Shown here: positions 1 to 9,820 of the stretch, in pieces
How the letters are laid out: each line of letters opens with the position of its first letter
How positions within the stretch are numbered: the first letter of the stretch is position 1
Assembly (NCBI GenBank): GCA_965644495.1
Contig: CBFFSA010000006.1
Coordinates: 248,001 to 312,000, forward strand
Length of the DNA stretch: 64,000 bases
Direction: 5' to 3'
Source of the DNA: Perkinsela sp. CCAP 1560/9
Lineage: Eukaryota > Protista > Euglenozoa: Kinetoplastea
Position numbers and translations under genes: made by a program
Notes under the pieces: generated by a model
Told to the model about the DNA's origin: nothing
The model's database searches: none
Seen by the model: only the letters and a program-made list of their open reading frames with translations

Positions 1-1
1 A

Positions 2-325
2 TTGTTTCTGAGGGGCAATAACCTATCAGAATCACTCTGCCTCGTTGGGATTCAGGATAATTTTGATATACTGGCATTGGATGACAATAACTTTGAAGGG
101 TGTGTAGATCTAACGTCCCTTCCTAGGGCCCTTCGCGAGTTATACCTTCAGAAAAATAAATTGTCGGGTTCTGTAAGGTTTAATAACCTTCCTGAATACA
201 TTGAAACGATCGATTTGTCACACAATGAGATCAAGGAATACGAGCCCAAGGTTGTGCCACGGTGCACTGTTACTTCTTCCGAAGACGTACTAGTATTGAA
301 GGGATCTGTTGAAATGATAACATAG
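2..325 (+). CDS. Short LRR protein, 3' part (truncated by window edge)
   Basis: LxLxxNxLSG repeats; near-identical to the C-terminus of 959..1876. Confidence 0.85.
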   Translation: MFLRGNNLSESLCLVGIQDNFDILALDDNNFEGCVDLTSLPRALRELYLQKNKLSGSVRFNNLPEYIETIDLSHNEIKEYEPKVVPRCTVTSSEDVLVLKGSVEMIT

Positions 326-355
326 CCTTTGAGTCAGGATCAAAACGTAAATATA

Positions 356-704
356 CTGTCCCCCCCCTACTTATCTGTCACTACGTTTCGCGAAAGGGTG
401 ATAGATAACTAAGGGGGGGGGTAGGGGTGTGACAGATAACTAGGCGTATCAGTGTGCGACAGATAACTAGGGAGGGTGTCTGTCACAAAAAAAAGTCAGA
501 ACATGGAATTACAGGAACGGTTTATAATAGCACCACGCTCGACCATTCGCTTGAAACAGAAAAAAAAATGTATGTTTCATTTTATGATTTTTTTCGGAAA
601 AAAGCATTTTACTTATTTTTAAAAAATGACAGATAACTAAGGGGGGTAGTCGAAGAAAAAAATTCGAAGTGCCAAAAAGTGACAGATAACTAGGAGGGGC
701 ACAG
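356..704. mobile_element. TA-flanked MITE (Tc1/mariner-like), 349 bp
   Basis: 26-bp TIRs 356-381 / 679-704 (23/26 match), TA on both sides, five GACAGATAACTA-type motifs at about 400, 431, 458, 628, 681. Confidence 0.8.
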
Positions 705-958
705 TACTACAAAATTTCAAGTAAGTAGTACGTCCTTTTAAATATCCCGTACTTAGTACGGGAACCATTTGTGTATAGGCGCCAATACTTATTTTGAACT
801 GTGTTCCGGGTTATTGCACTTCGCGTTGAAAACTACTTCCCCGTTAAACGACATCCCTGTTTTTCAAAGTTCACTGTTCCACAAATTTCTTTTCTGTGTA
901 CTTTATCGAAAGTATAGATTTATTTTTTCGTTTCTTTCATTCATATATCCCCGACCTT

Positions 959-1876
959 ATGAACCCTGTGATCTCTATCACGTTGCGTCACATCCATTGT
1001 GCGGATTCAAGTTGTACCAAAAAAGGCCGCATTCGAGGCTCGTCGTTTCCTGCCGAAGTGGACCTTGCACGGCTTGTCGCAAAGATTACGAATCCACACC
1101 CTTCATGGAAGACTACTGTCCCACTGGAGAAATGGCATGGTGTCCGATTAAGTAAGGACGGAGAACTTGAACACATCTTCTGGGGAGGGTTTAGTGGAAG
1201 AAGCAAATACGGTCATAAGGAAGGTCTGCGGGGCGAGTTAATTTGGAGGTTTCTCCCGACTGAACTACAAACATTTGCTATTAACTGTGGAATGGATTTA
1301 AAAGGGATGGTGCCATTGAACGAGTTACCTGCTTCCATGACACACCTTAGCCTACGATATTGCCAGTATAGTGGACCCCTTGATTTTTCTCAAGCGCCGT
1401 CCGAAATGCGCACTATTCATCTTGACCACAATGAATTTTCGGGCCCATTGGAATTATCACAACTACCCCCTAATATGTATTCGCTGCGGCTGGAGTACAA
1501 CCGCTTTTCCGGTGAAATAACGCTTAAAAATCTTCCGAAGGATATGAACGAATTGTTTCTGACCGGGAACAAACTATCAGGATCACTCTGCCTCATTGGC
1601 ATTCAGGATAAGCTGCGTATATTGGCATTGGATGACAATAACTTCGAAGGGTGTGTAGATCTAACGTCCCTTCCTAGGGCCCTTCGCGAGTTATACCTTC
1701 AGAAAAATAAATTGTCGGGTTCTGTAAGGTTTGATAACATTCCTCAATACATTCATACGATCGATTTGTCAAACAATGAAATCAAGGAATACGAGCCCAA
1801 GGTTGTTCCACATTGCACTGTTTCCTCTTCTGAAGATGTACTTGTGTTGAAGAGAGCTGTTGAAATGATAATATAG
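959..1876 (+). CDS. Short LRR protein (LRRNT-like cap plus LRRs)
   Basis: First ATG at 959; cap W..WHGV; repeats LxLxxNxFSGxLxLxxLP. Confidence 0.9.
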   Translation: MNPVISITLRHIHCADSSCTKKGRIRGSSFPAEVDLARLVAKITNPHPSWKTTVPLEKWHGVRLSKDGELEHIFWGGFSGRSKYGHKEGLRGELIWRFLPTELQTFAINCGMDLKGMVPLNELPASMTHLSLRYCQYSGPLDFSQAPSEMRTIHLDHNEFSGPLELSQLPPNMYSLRLEYNRFSGEITLKNLPKDMNELFLTGNKLSGSLCLIGIQDKLRILALDDNNFEGCVDLTSLPRALRELYLQKNKLSGSVRFDNIPQYIHTIDLSNNEIKEYEPKVVPHCTVSSSEDVLVLKRAVEMII

Positions 1877-1920
1877 CCTTTGAATCACGAAGCGTTTGAA
1901 GCAGGATCGAGGTCTAGTAG

Positions 1921-2122
1921 ATACAACCCAGGCTAAAGTGTACGAGGGAGATACTAAAGGTACCTTTGGAAAACCACCTCAAAACTGGAACGATATCTCC
2001 CGTTAAAGACCCTTTTGTCACATCAGAATGCTCTACAAACCGGGAGATACCGTTCCAGTTTTGAGGTGGTTTTCCAAAGGTACCTTTAGTATCTCCCTTG
2101 TCCACTTTAGCCAGGGTTGCAT
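1921..2122. mobile_element. Hairpin/foldback MITE-like element
   Basis: 82-bp inverted arms 1921-2002 / 2041-2122 with 5 mismatches and a 38-bp spacer. Confidence 0.75.
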
Positions 2123-2186
2123 AGCCATTGGAACATGCTCCCTAGGACCCCTTACAGCTTCCCACGCGAGGAAGTCGTCGTCGCCG

Positions 2187-2227
2187 AGGCAAAAAGGCAG
2201 AAGACTCCGCCTTCTGCCTTTTTGCCT
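2187..2227. repeat. Perfect 17-bp stem hairpin
   Basis: AGGCAAAAAGGCAGAAG-7 nt-CTTCTGCCTTTTTGCCT. Confidence 0.85.
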
Positions 2228-2600
2228 TGCGCCTCCTCCTTCCTCTAAGGCCTTGCGTGTCACACACTTCCACGTAACGTTTGGCCTCCGTAGGTGTATT
2301 ACCGGCGCAGGGTGGAGAAATATTGAATGAAACCAAAGCGTATACTGGTATATCAGGCCCCAAACTCTCAATAAAAGGTCAATAAAGGAGTTGATTTCGG
2401 AAAAATATACTTTTTCACCTTCACCCATAAATTTTTAGTTTTTTTTGCAAAATCTCAAAAATTGCTATGATCACCCTGGTGGGGAGTGGGGAGGGGGCAG
2501 GGGGTACCCATCGGAATTGTTGAAAAACTAATTATCTTGTCACTGAATTCGATTCATACATTTTTGTAAACATTTTTTTCGCAAGCTCACCTGAAACGAT

Positions 2601-2663
2601 ATCGGGCACGAAATCGGGCCACAAATCGGGCATGAAATCGGGCCACAAATCGGGCACGAAATC
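2601..2663. repeat. 12-bp tandem repeat with alternating (24-bp) structure
   Basis: ATCGGGCAYGAA / ATCGGGCCACAA alternate, 5 units. Confidence 0.9.
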
Positions 2664-2812
2664 TGCTCTCATACGGTAGAGAGGGAGCAGTATCTCCCTC
2701 AACAAAGTGTTTAATGTACTTTGAAATACAGTAATTGATGCACTTTAAGAGGACCGACTCATTGAGCTTTCCCCGCTTTATCATATTTACATTTCGTATT
2801 ACAATACTTTAA

Positions 2813-4198
2813 ATGGCCAAAATACGTCGAACCGGATTGAAAGAGATAACGTCCACCTCTCTGGAGGATGACATTCACCGCGATCACTACGCGCATCCGA
2901 AACGCAAGCTGAAGCCAACTGCCCTTGAAACCCGACTTCGGGGCCCGAAACCTGACCTCACCTCTTCCACCTGTGGGCTCGATGGCCACGACAACGCCGA
3001 AGACAGGGAGGAGGACCGCCCGGGTATGAGTGCTAAAATGACCGCAGCATGGCTGCAAATGGCAAAGGAAGAGCGGAGCGTCGTGGAAGATCAGGAACAG
3101 AACGCCGACCAAGGCAATCTAGACGATGACAGCGACGAGGTCGCACAACTTGAGATGGACGACCCAACCTCCGTTGCGAGCGCATTCCCCGAGTTCACCC
3201 AAGACCTCTCCGGTTTCGAACTTGACCCCAAAGAGGAGGCCGCGCTGCAAACCTTCAAACCCACCGACCTCAGTCAATCCCGTACCTTAGCCGATATTAT
3301 CATGGCTCAAATTGAACAACAAAAACTGCAACACGAACAACATCAACAAGAACTCCCAAAACCCCATATTCCCCCCTCTTCCCCCCCTTCCCCCTCCACC
3401 CCCTCCCCCTCCCTCTACCCCACCCTCGGCCGCCTCCTCTCCACCTACACCTCCGGCCCCCTCCCCAAAGCCTTCAAACTCCTCCCCCAGCTCCCCCACT
3501 GGGAGCCCCTCCTCCACGCCACCCACCCCCCCGACTGGTCCCCCCACGCGCTCTACGCCGCCACCCGTCTCTTCGCCTCGAATCTTAACTCTTCAAGCGC
3601 ACAGCGCTTTTTTAATCTCTTCCTACTCCCCGCTATTATCTCAGCACTGGCCTCCCCGAAATCCGAAGCCAAACTCGCGTTACACCCACTAAGGCTACAG
3701 GCGATTCAAAAAGCGATGTTCAAACCCCAGGCCTTTATCGCGGGGTTCCTGATTCCCTTTTGTGCGACCCCCGAGGTGAGTGCGGCGCAGGCCGGGATCG
3801 TTGCGGTCGCGCTTCAACGGAGTTCCATCCCCTCGATTCCGGTAGCGCTCGGGCTGGTGAAGTTGTCCCAGATGAAGTATAGCCCCGTGACCGCTGTGAT
3901 GATGAAGACATTGCTGGGGAAACGGAATAAACTGCCCCTCCAGGCGGTGGATACCCTTGTGGGGTTCTTTTGTGGGTTTGGCAAAAAAGAAGGGGATAAG
4001 GGGGGGAGGGGGGGTCCGGGGGTTCTTCCGGTGAGCTGGCACCAGACGCTGCGGTTGTTTGTGCAGGTGTATGGGGGGGAGCTGGTGGCGGAGCAGGTGC
4101 CGCTGTTGCGGGAGGTCGCCCAGCGGCATTTTCATGCGGAGGTGACGCCGGAGATTGTGGCGATGTTAAAGGGGCTGGAGCAGGGTGGGGGGAGGTAG
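2813..4198 (+). CDS. BYSL: Bystin / Enp1, 40S biogenesis factor
   Basis: RTLADIIM, YTSGPLPKAFK, PPDWSPHALYAATRLFASN, KAMFKPQAF, LPVSWHQ motifs. Confidence 0.95.
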   Translation: MAKIRRTGLKEITSTSLEDDIHRDHYAHPKRKLKPTALETRLRGPKPDLTSSTCGLDGHDNAEDREEDRPGMSAKMTAAWLQMAKEERSVVEDQEQNADQGNLDDDSDEVAQLEMDDPTSVASAFPEFTQDLSGFELDPKEEAALQTFKPTDLSQSRTLADIIMAQIEQQKLQHEQHQQELPKPHIPPSSPPSPSTPSPSLYPTLGRLLSTYTSGPLPKAFKLLPQLPHWEPLLHATHPPDWSPHALYAATRLFASNLNSSSAQRFFNLFLLPAIISALASPKSEAKLALHPLRLQAIQKAMFKPQAFIAGFLIPFCATPEVSAAQAGIVAVALQRSSIPSIPVALGLVKLSQMKYSPVTAVMMKTLLGKRNKLPLQAVDTLVGFFCGFGKKEGDKGGRGGPGVLPVSWHQTLRLFVQVYGGELVAEQVPLLREVAQRHFHAEVTPEIVAMLKGLEQGGGR

Positions 4199-4461
4199 GG
4201 GAGGGCGAGGGGTGGGTGAGGAGGTAGTTTTTAAAATTTGGAGGAGAAAAGTATTTTTTTGGATTGTGTTAAGGGAAAGCGGTAAGGAGAATTTATGTGG
4301 AGGAAATTAAGATGTAATGTGCAACAAGTGAAATTTCCTCATGCCGGAAAAATATCAAAGTACTTCACTGCGGGAAATCAGTGCGAGATTCGTTTGCTCA
4401 ACACAACGTTTTCAAAAATGTACATCTCTTTTTTCATAGTTTTATTGTCCTCTTTAGCGAA

Positions 4462-5076
4462 ATGATAAATTCGTTACTACGCATCCTCTCCGCAGACACT
4501 CCTTCGAAACCTGCGACGCGTGCAAAGATTCGAGGTGCAGTTCTGCCCGTGGAATATGATCTGGAGCGGTTTATTAGTAATGTGACTAATCCAAGCTCAA
4601 CATGGACAGTAGCAAACCATGCGTTCAAGTGGGACGGTGTGCGAAAAAATCGTGACGAGGTAGTGGGGGAAATTGTGTGGCAGGGGCGTAGTCTCTCAGG
4701 AACATTGTGCTGGGAGTACATGCCAAGCACACTTACATTTTTTGACATTCAAGATAATCGTATGGCAGGCGAAGTGACGTTTAGCGTATTGCCCCATACG
4801 CTAAAAACATTAACACTTTCTCGCAATTGCTTTACGGGACATCTGGATATGGCATCTGTTCCGCGCACCCTGTCAGCATTGTTTTTAGTCTCAAATAGAT
4901 TTCATGGCGAAGTGAGGACGAGACAAATCTACCCAGAACTTGCTTATTTCTACATATCCGACAATCCTGATCTTACAGGGAGTATTGTTCAAGCGCAACT
5001 CGCCAATCCCGATGTAAAACTCGGCTCTATGGTTTCATCTGGGTACATAGGCAACACTCAAGTGGAAGTGCATTGA
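4462..5076 (+). CDS. Short LRR protein
   Basis: LPVEYDLERF cap, WDGV, LRRs; first ATG at 4462. Confidence 0.88.
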   Translation: MINSLLRILSADTPSKPATRAKIRGAVLPVEYDLERFISNVTNPSSTWTVANHAFKWDGVRKNRDEVVGEIVWQGRSLSGTLCWEYMPSTLTFFDIQDNRMAGEVTFSVLPHTLKTLTLSRNCFTGHLDMASVPRTLSALFLVSNRFHGEVRTRQIYPELAYFYISDNPDLTGSIVQAQLANPDVKLGSMVSSGYIGNTQVEVH

Positions 5077-5583
5077 AGATTGATGCTTCAGTAGGTGTCA
5101 TTGCTGTTATGAAGCTCAGGAGTAGAAAAGAAGACGAGGGATAAATCTTTAATTTCCACTGCACGAGAGATCTATAGAATCTGTAAATAGAAAAGATGCT
5201 TGTTGTCTAATAATTACAAACATAAAAAATGTTGGTTGTCTAAATGTTTATATCAAATGATAAGGAAAGCACATGCATCTGCTTCTTATATCCTATAACG
5301 CACTTCGTTATAGAGAAAAACCCACTGACTAGTGAAGATTAAACTATTTTTGAATAGACAACCGTATCAGAGCTGAGCATACGATTGGCTTGGTAAATTT
5401 TGTCAGTTTTTTATTGATTTTCATCCGAAATAGTGTTGTGATACAGAAAGAAGTATGTTACACAACTCATTGCCTTGTTTCATGTAGGCTTGAATTATTC
5501 AAGCTCAAATTCTAATATATCTGCAGTCGAGAGGGACCAAAGACGAACGAAGGGGCAAAAGAGTTGCTCATAGAGCTGTTCTG

Positions 5584-6309
5584 ATGTGCTACAACCATAA
5601 AAATAATGAAGACTCTAAACCGCCTTCACCCGAAAACAGCGTCGTGAATTTACCATCTCCTTCCTTACAACCTAACATGCGAGTCCCGCTGCTGGTCTGT
5701 TTTGACTTTGATCGAACCATCACGACACAACACACGCACGGCGTGCAGCCGCTTCAAAATCTAACAGAGACCCATGTTCGGCGAAACTTTCGTGATTTCT
5801 CATTTTTCTCTCATTTGTGTCATTCCTTACACAACGCGGGACATCGGCTCGCCATTGCGACGTTTGCAGACTCTCGTTTTGCGCGGCATCTGCCCGTGGA
5901 GAGGAGTCCTATCGCTGGGGCTGCCCTTGTGTTACGTTACATGGACGTAGCTTTCGGTTCTCCACGTCCTTTTCTACAAGAAAGTGACATGGCATGTTGG
6001 TATGAGTCCAATCAGGTCCGGGGAAAAAATGCGCATCTCCGAGAGCTGCGGTACAAGTTTACGAAATCCTGCAGTGCGCATGATAAGAGACGGGGCCGAT
6101 TCCCGCGCGAGAGAGTCGTGCTCTTTGATGATGACGAGAACAATATAAGAAGAGCGGAAGAGAAAGGCTACAAAGCGTTTCACTGTCCCGACGGGCTCAC
6201 CGGTCGATGGTTTCATGCACACCCAAGACTGTCTTCCACCCTATGTGTTAACCCACCAATAGCAGCATCTGATATAAGTGGCTTTTCTAAGCAACACAAG
6301 ATACCATAA
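5584..6309 (+). CDS. HAD-superfamily phosphatase (start may be 5677)
   Basis: Motif I FDFDRT, motif II IAT, motif III GK, motif IV LFDDDENN. Confidence 0.8.
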   Translation: MCYNHKNNEDSKPPSPENSVVNLPSPSLQPNMRVPLLVCFDFDRTITTQHTHGVQPLQNLTETHVRRNFRDFSFFSHLCHSLHNAGHRLAIATFADSRFARHLPVERSPIAGAALVLRYMDVAFGSPRPFLQESDMACWYESNQVRGKNAHLRELRYKFTKSCSAHDKRRGRFPRERVVLFDDDENNIRRAEEKGYKAFHCPDGLTGRWFHAHPRLSSTLCVNPPIAASDISGFSKQHKIP

Positions 6310-6576
6310 AGAGCAGAAATGCTTAGCTTTCTTGCTTGGTTACTTGATGAAATTAAAATCCATCTACAATATCAATACATATTGAATACTCAACTTTGTA
6401 TACATTGTAAATGAAGTACATATGGAACGTAGCAGACTACTACGTTTTTCTATTTGCCCGACGCAACTGTATCTAACTTTATCTAGGCATTATAAAGAAA
6501 CCGCAATAGCAGAAAAACCTGAGATTCTAGAAATGACTTCGTTCAATATCATATTCGAACGCTACTGTATTATGAT

Positions 6577-9543
6577 ATGATACGCATTGTGTCCTGTCTT
6601 TTACGGCGCGAACCGTCAGATCGACTTGATCCGGAAACGACTACAAATGATACGGAACCCGCTACGCCGACGATCCCAACCACTTCAACGGCAGATTCTA
6701 ACGGCAACAACCGCACAAGGATCGAAAGAGAACATGTCGATTCCACAGACCCCCTGTCCGGCGCCAAATCCTTAGATTCTCCAGCATCCATCGAGACCCC
6801 TCCTGACCCCGAATCCAATATTCCTTCCGAGTGTGACGAAGTTGAGACCGAAAATTCATCCAATGCCCATGAAAATTTACCTCATGCTTCTTCCCTTCGT
6901 AAAGACGCCATCCCCGATCATGCATCCCTCGACTTCTCTTCCCATGCCATGACATCCGATCGCATCGCATCCAAAACGGAAACCACAACAGAGAGTGCGA
7001 CGACAAAGATGGAAAATCATGATTGCGATATCCATGATGGTGATACGGAGAACAACCATCCCGATCTTATACATCGCGATGTGGATGCCAACCATGCTCT
7101 GGATACAAATCGAGATACAGATACAAATCGAGATACGGATACCCATCATGATCTTGATACAAATCGTGATACGGACACAAATCACAATCTTGATACAAAT
7201 CAAGATAGCGTTACCCATCATGATCTTGATACCCATCGTGCTAGCGATACCAATCCCGACCTTGATACCCATGGAGATACGGATACCCATCACAATCTTG
7301 ATACCAACCATGATCGCGGTACCCATCGAGATAGCCATAAATCGGACCGTTCCCCCTCTCCGCCCTCCGAGCCCCCACCTCGTATGGCCACAGACGATGA
7401 GATTCTCGCAGAAGTGCTGGCCGCGGAGCAAACGTTCCCGATCTCCCCCCTTGTCTACACGTGTGACATTTGCCCTAAAGTCATCTTTAGCTCCGAGGCC
7501 TCCCTGGAGCACCACGTCGCGACCCGACATAAGAGTATGATGGAGGGGATTCATGATGTGTTGGGGCGTCGGAAGGAACTGATGCAGGGGGAGGGAACCC
7601 CGAACAAGGCGAATACAGAGGAAACAGAGAAAACGAGCGCGTATGAACAAAAGGTACGAAATCTCGGAAAGCGTGCGTTCGAGATTGCCGCACGACGCGA
7701 TGCGGGGTATGAAATGTTACGTCGAGCCGCGCTGGCACGACAGCAGCTGCAGTGTGTGGTGTCGCAATGGAATGCAAACGCGGAGGTGTTTATCTTTGGT
7801 TCGAGTCTCGTGATGGGGTCCTGGGACGGGAACTCGGACCTGGATTTTGCGGTGGTCGATCCAAAGGCGTTTATGGAACGGAAATGGCCCCCGGATGAGC
7901 GTCATGCGGTACGGGAGCTTACGACGCTACTCGAGGCTGCTGGGCTGCGGACGTCCTCACTGGAGTGCGTGGACAGTGCCCGGGTGCCGATTGTGAAGCA
8001 TAAAACGCTTCAGGGGGATTTGTGGAAACCTGGAGAAGAGGGGAAGGATGAGTCTGGTCGTGAGCGTCGTAGTGTGACGGTGTCGTGCGTGGTAGTGCCG
8101 AAGGAGTTTGATGCAGAAAAATTAGAGACACACGTGCGTGACGTCGTGAGGGAGGCTGGGGTGTTGGAAACAGCTTCGTGGGATAACCGTCGTGGGTTAC
8201 GCGTGGTGTGTGCCACGACGACGGATGCACTAGTTGCGACGTTGAATTTGAATCGAAATCTGAAGTCGGAAAAGGTGGTTAAGCTCCGCGCTCGGCCCTC
8301 GAACAGCATGCGAGCGCCAGAAATTCACGGAGTGGACTTTGACCTGTGCTTGCGGCAGTTTGGTATTCGAAACTCGGAGTATCTTCGGCAGCTGCACAGT
8401 TCTTTTCCAAACAGCCCGTATCTTCGATGTGGGGCCGTCATTGTCAAGGAATGGTCAAAACTGTGGGGTGTGAATAACTCATTCATGGGGTTTCTGACAT
8501 CTTATGCGGTAAACATCATGTGGATCTACTTTTTAATGCAACGAAATGTAATTCCCTATGTAGATCCCGCGTCTACCTCGGAAGACCCGAGTAAGGCGGC
8601 AAGGGAACCCACCCATGTTTCCATACTTCCTGGCGACTTTGAGGAGCCCAGTTCTCAACTCCAAATGGGAGAGCTGCTGACCCAGTTTTTTCATTTCTAT
8701 GCCACTGAATTTGACTGGGAAAATCATGTTATCACGCTAAACCGGCCCGGAATCACAACCAAAAGTGCGCTGAAGTGGGAACCCGTCAACGAAGTCAAGC
8801 TCAGCCGGCAGAGCAAAAACGTACGCTATGTGCTGTGCATCGAGGACCCCTATGAGCCCAACCTCAACCTTGGGCGACATTTGGGCATCTGCAAGGCACG
8901 CAAAATTAAAGCCGAGTTTGTACGCGCTGCATTGTCTCTCCGAGATGAACCGCCGGAGAGCTGTGCGCTTTTTCTTGTCAAAGGCGCCCCGACGCCTCAC
9001 GTCGCGCTTCGTGATCCCCCAAACGAAGCCGTGGAGAAACTCCGCGAAGTTACTGAAGCCCATTTCAAGTCCCAGGAGGCCAATGACACTGCACAGCCCG
9101 TCACCATTGACTCCCTCCGTGACGCATTTCTCCAGGAGGCTCCGGAGGCTTTTAAAACAACCACTCAGTTCTGGAAATGGCGTATTCTAATACGTCGCCT
9201 CGGGCTGCGTCAAGTCATCGATCGTATCGAGCGTCGCACACGCTTTGCCTTCACCCCCTCCCATGGACGTGGGGAAGCCATGGTGCGCATTCCGACGACA
9301 CGAAATCGACAGGAGAACCCCTCGAGTCCAGCTACAGGCTCAGGGGTGCAGGGATCCGATAACAGTAAGAGTCCTCCTGTAATAGTAAAGGTGAGTGCAC
9401 CTGCAGGGAGGATATCCACTTTGCCATGGAACCCCACATTGGGTGTGTACTCCCGCATCGGGATGCGGAGCTTCCGAGGAAGGGAGACACTTTGGAATAG
9501 TGCGGTCCGTGTCTTTTCGAAGTGCGTTCGACCTTTAGTCTGA
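6577..9543 (+). CDS. RET1: Mitochondrial 3' terminal uridylyltransferase 1 (kinetoplastid RET1/KRET1)
   Basis: C2H2 finger CDIC..HVATRH, FGS..SDLDF catalytic motif, FGIRNS, KEWSK..GFLTSYA, IEDPYE..LNLGRHL. Confidence 0.9.
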   Translation: MIRIVSCLLRREPSDRLDPETTTNDTEPATPTIPTTSTADSNGNNRTRIEREHVDSTDPLSGAKSLDSPASIETPPDPESNIPSECDEVETENSSNAHENLPHASSLRKDAIPDHASLDFSSHAMTSDRIASKTETTTESATTKMENHDCDIHDGDTENNHPDLIHRDVDANHALDTNRDTDTNRDTDTHHDLDTNRDTDTNHNLDTNQDSVTHHDLDTHRASDTNPDLDTHGDTDTHHNLDTNHDRGTHRDSHKSDRSPSPPSEPPPRMATDDEILAEVLAAEQTFPISPLVYTCDICPKVIFSSEASLEHHVATRHKSMMEGIHDVLGRRKELMQGEGTPNKANTEETEKTSAYEQKVRNLGKRAFEIAARRDAGYEMLRRAALARQQLQCVVSQWNANAEVFIFGSSLVMGSWDGNSDLDFAVVDPKAFMERKWPPDERHAVRELTTLLEAAGLRTSSLECVDSARVPIVKHKTLQGDLWKPGEEGKDESGRERRSVTVSCVVVPKEFDAEKLETHVRDVVREAGVLETASWDNRRGLRVVCATTTDALVATLNLNRNLKSEKVVKLRARPSNSMRAPEIHGVDFDLCLRQFGIRNSEYLRQLHSSFPNSPYLRCGAVIVKEWSKLWGVNNSFMGFLTSYAVNIMWIYFLMQRNVIPYVDPASTSEDPSKAAREPTHVSILPGDFEEPSSQLQMGELLTQFFHFYATEFDWENHVITLNRPGITTKSALKWEPVNEVKLSRQSKNVRYVLCIEDPYEPNLNLGRHLGICKARKIKAEFVRAALSLRDEPPESCALFLVKGAPTPHVALRDPPNEAVEKLREVTEAHFKSQEANDTAQPVTIDSLRDAFLQEAPEAFKTTTQFWKWRILIRRLGLRQVIDRIERRTRFAFTPSHGRGEAMVRIPTTRNRQENPSSPATGSGVQGSDNSKSPPVIVKVSAPAGRISTLPWNPTLGVYSRIGMRSFRGRETLWNSAVRVFSKCVRPLV
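7075..7335 (+). repeat. Coding 18-bp minisatellite in the RET1 N-terminus
   Basis: DT(N/H)(R/H)D(T/L) hexapeptide repeats. Confidence 0.85.
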
Positions 9544-9820
9544 ATCGGGCCTCCTTGTTGAGAGTCACTTTATAAGGCATCTTTCGCTTCGGAGAGATTC
9601 TCTTTATTGGATAACCGTCATGAATTATGTACTCTAGTAAATAAAACACTCATCATGATAGTGAACTTTGAAAGGCTTGAAAGCGTTTAAATTAAAATAC
9701 TCAAGTTCAATAAGCGTTTTGTTTTCGAACATTCAAAAGCAATTTCACGTTACTCACATCTAAGTTTTATTCATTCAATCGTCTTTTTCACCCCTACTTT
9801 GTGCGTTTACATGTCGTGAA

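Noticed and set aside
1914-2330. ORF pair sharing VPVLRWFSKGTFSISLVHFS
   Set aside because: Artefact of the inverted repeat arms
6877-7650. Ile/Met-rich ORFs overlapping RET1
   Set aside because: Alternative frames of the 18-bp coding repeat
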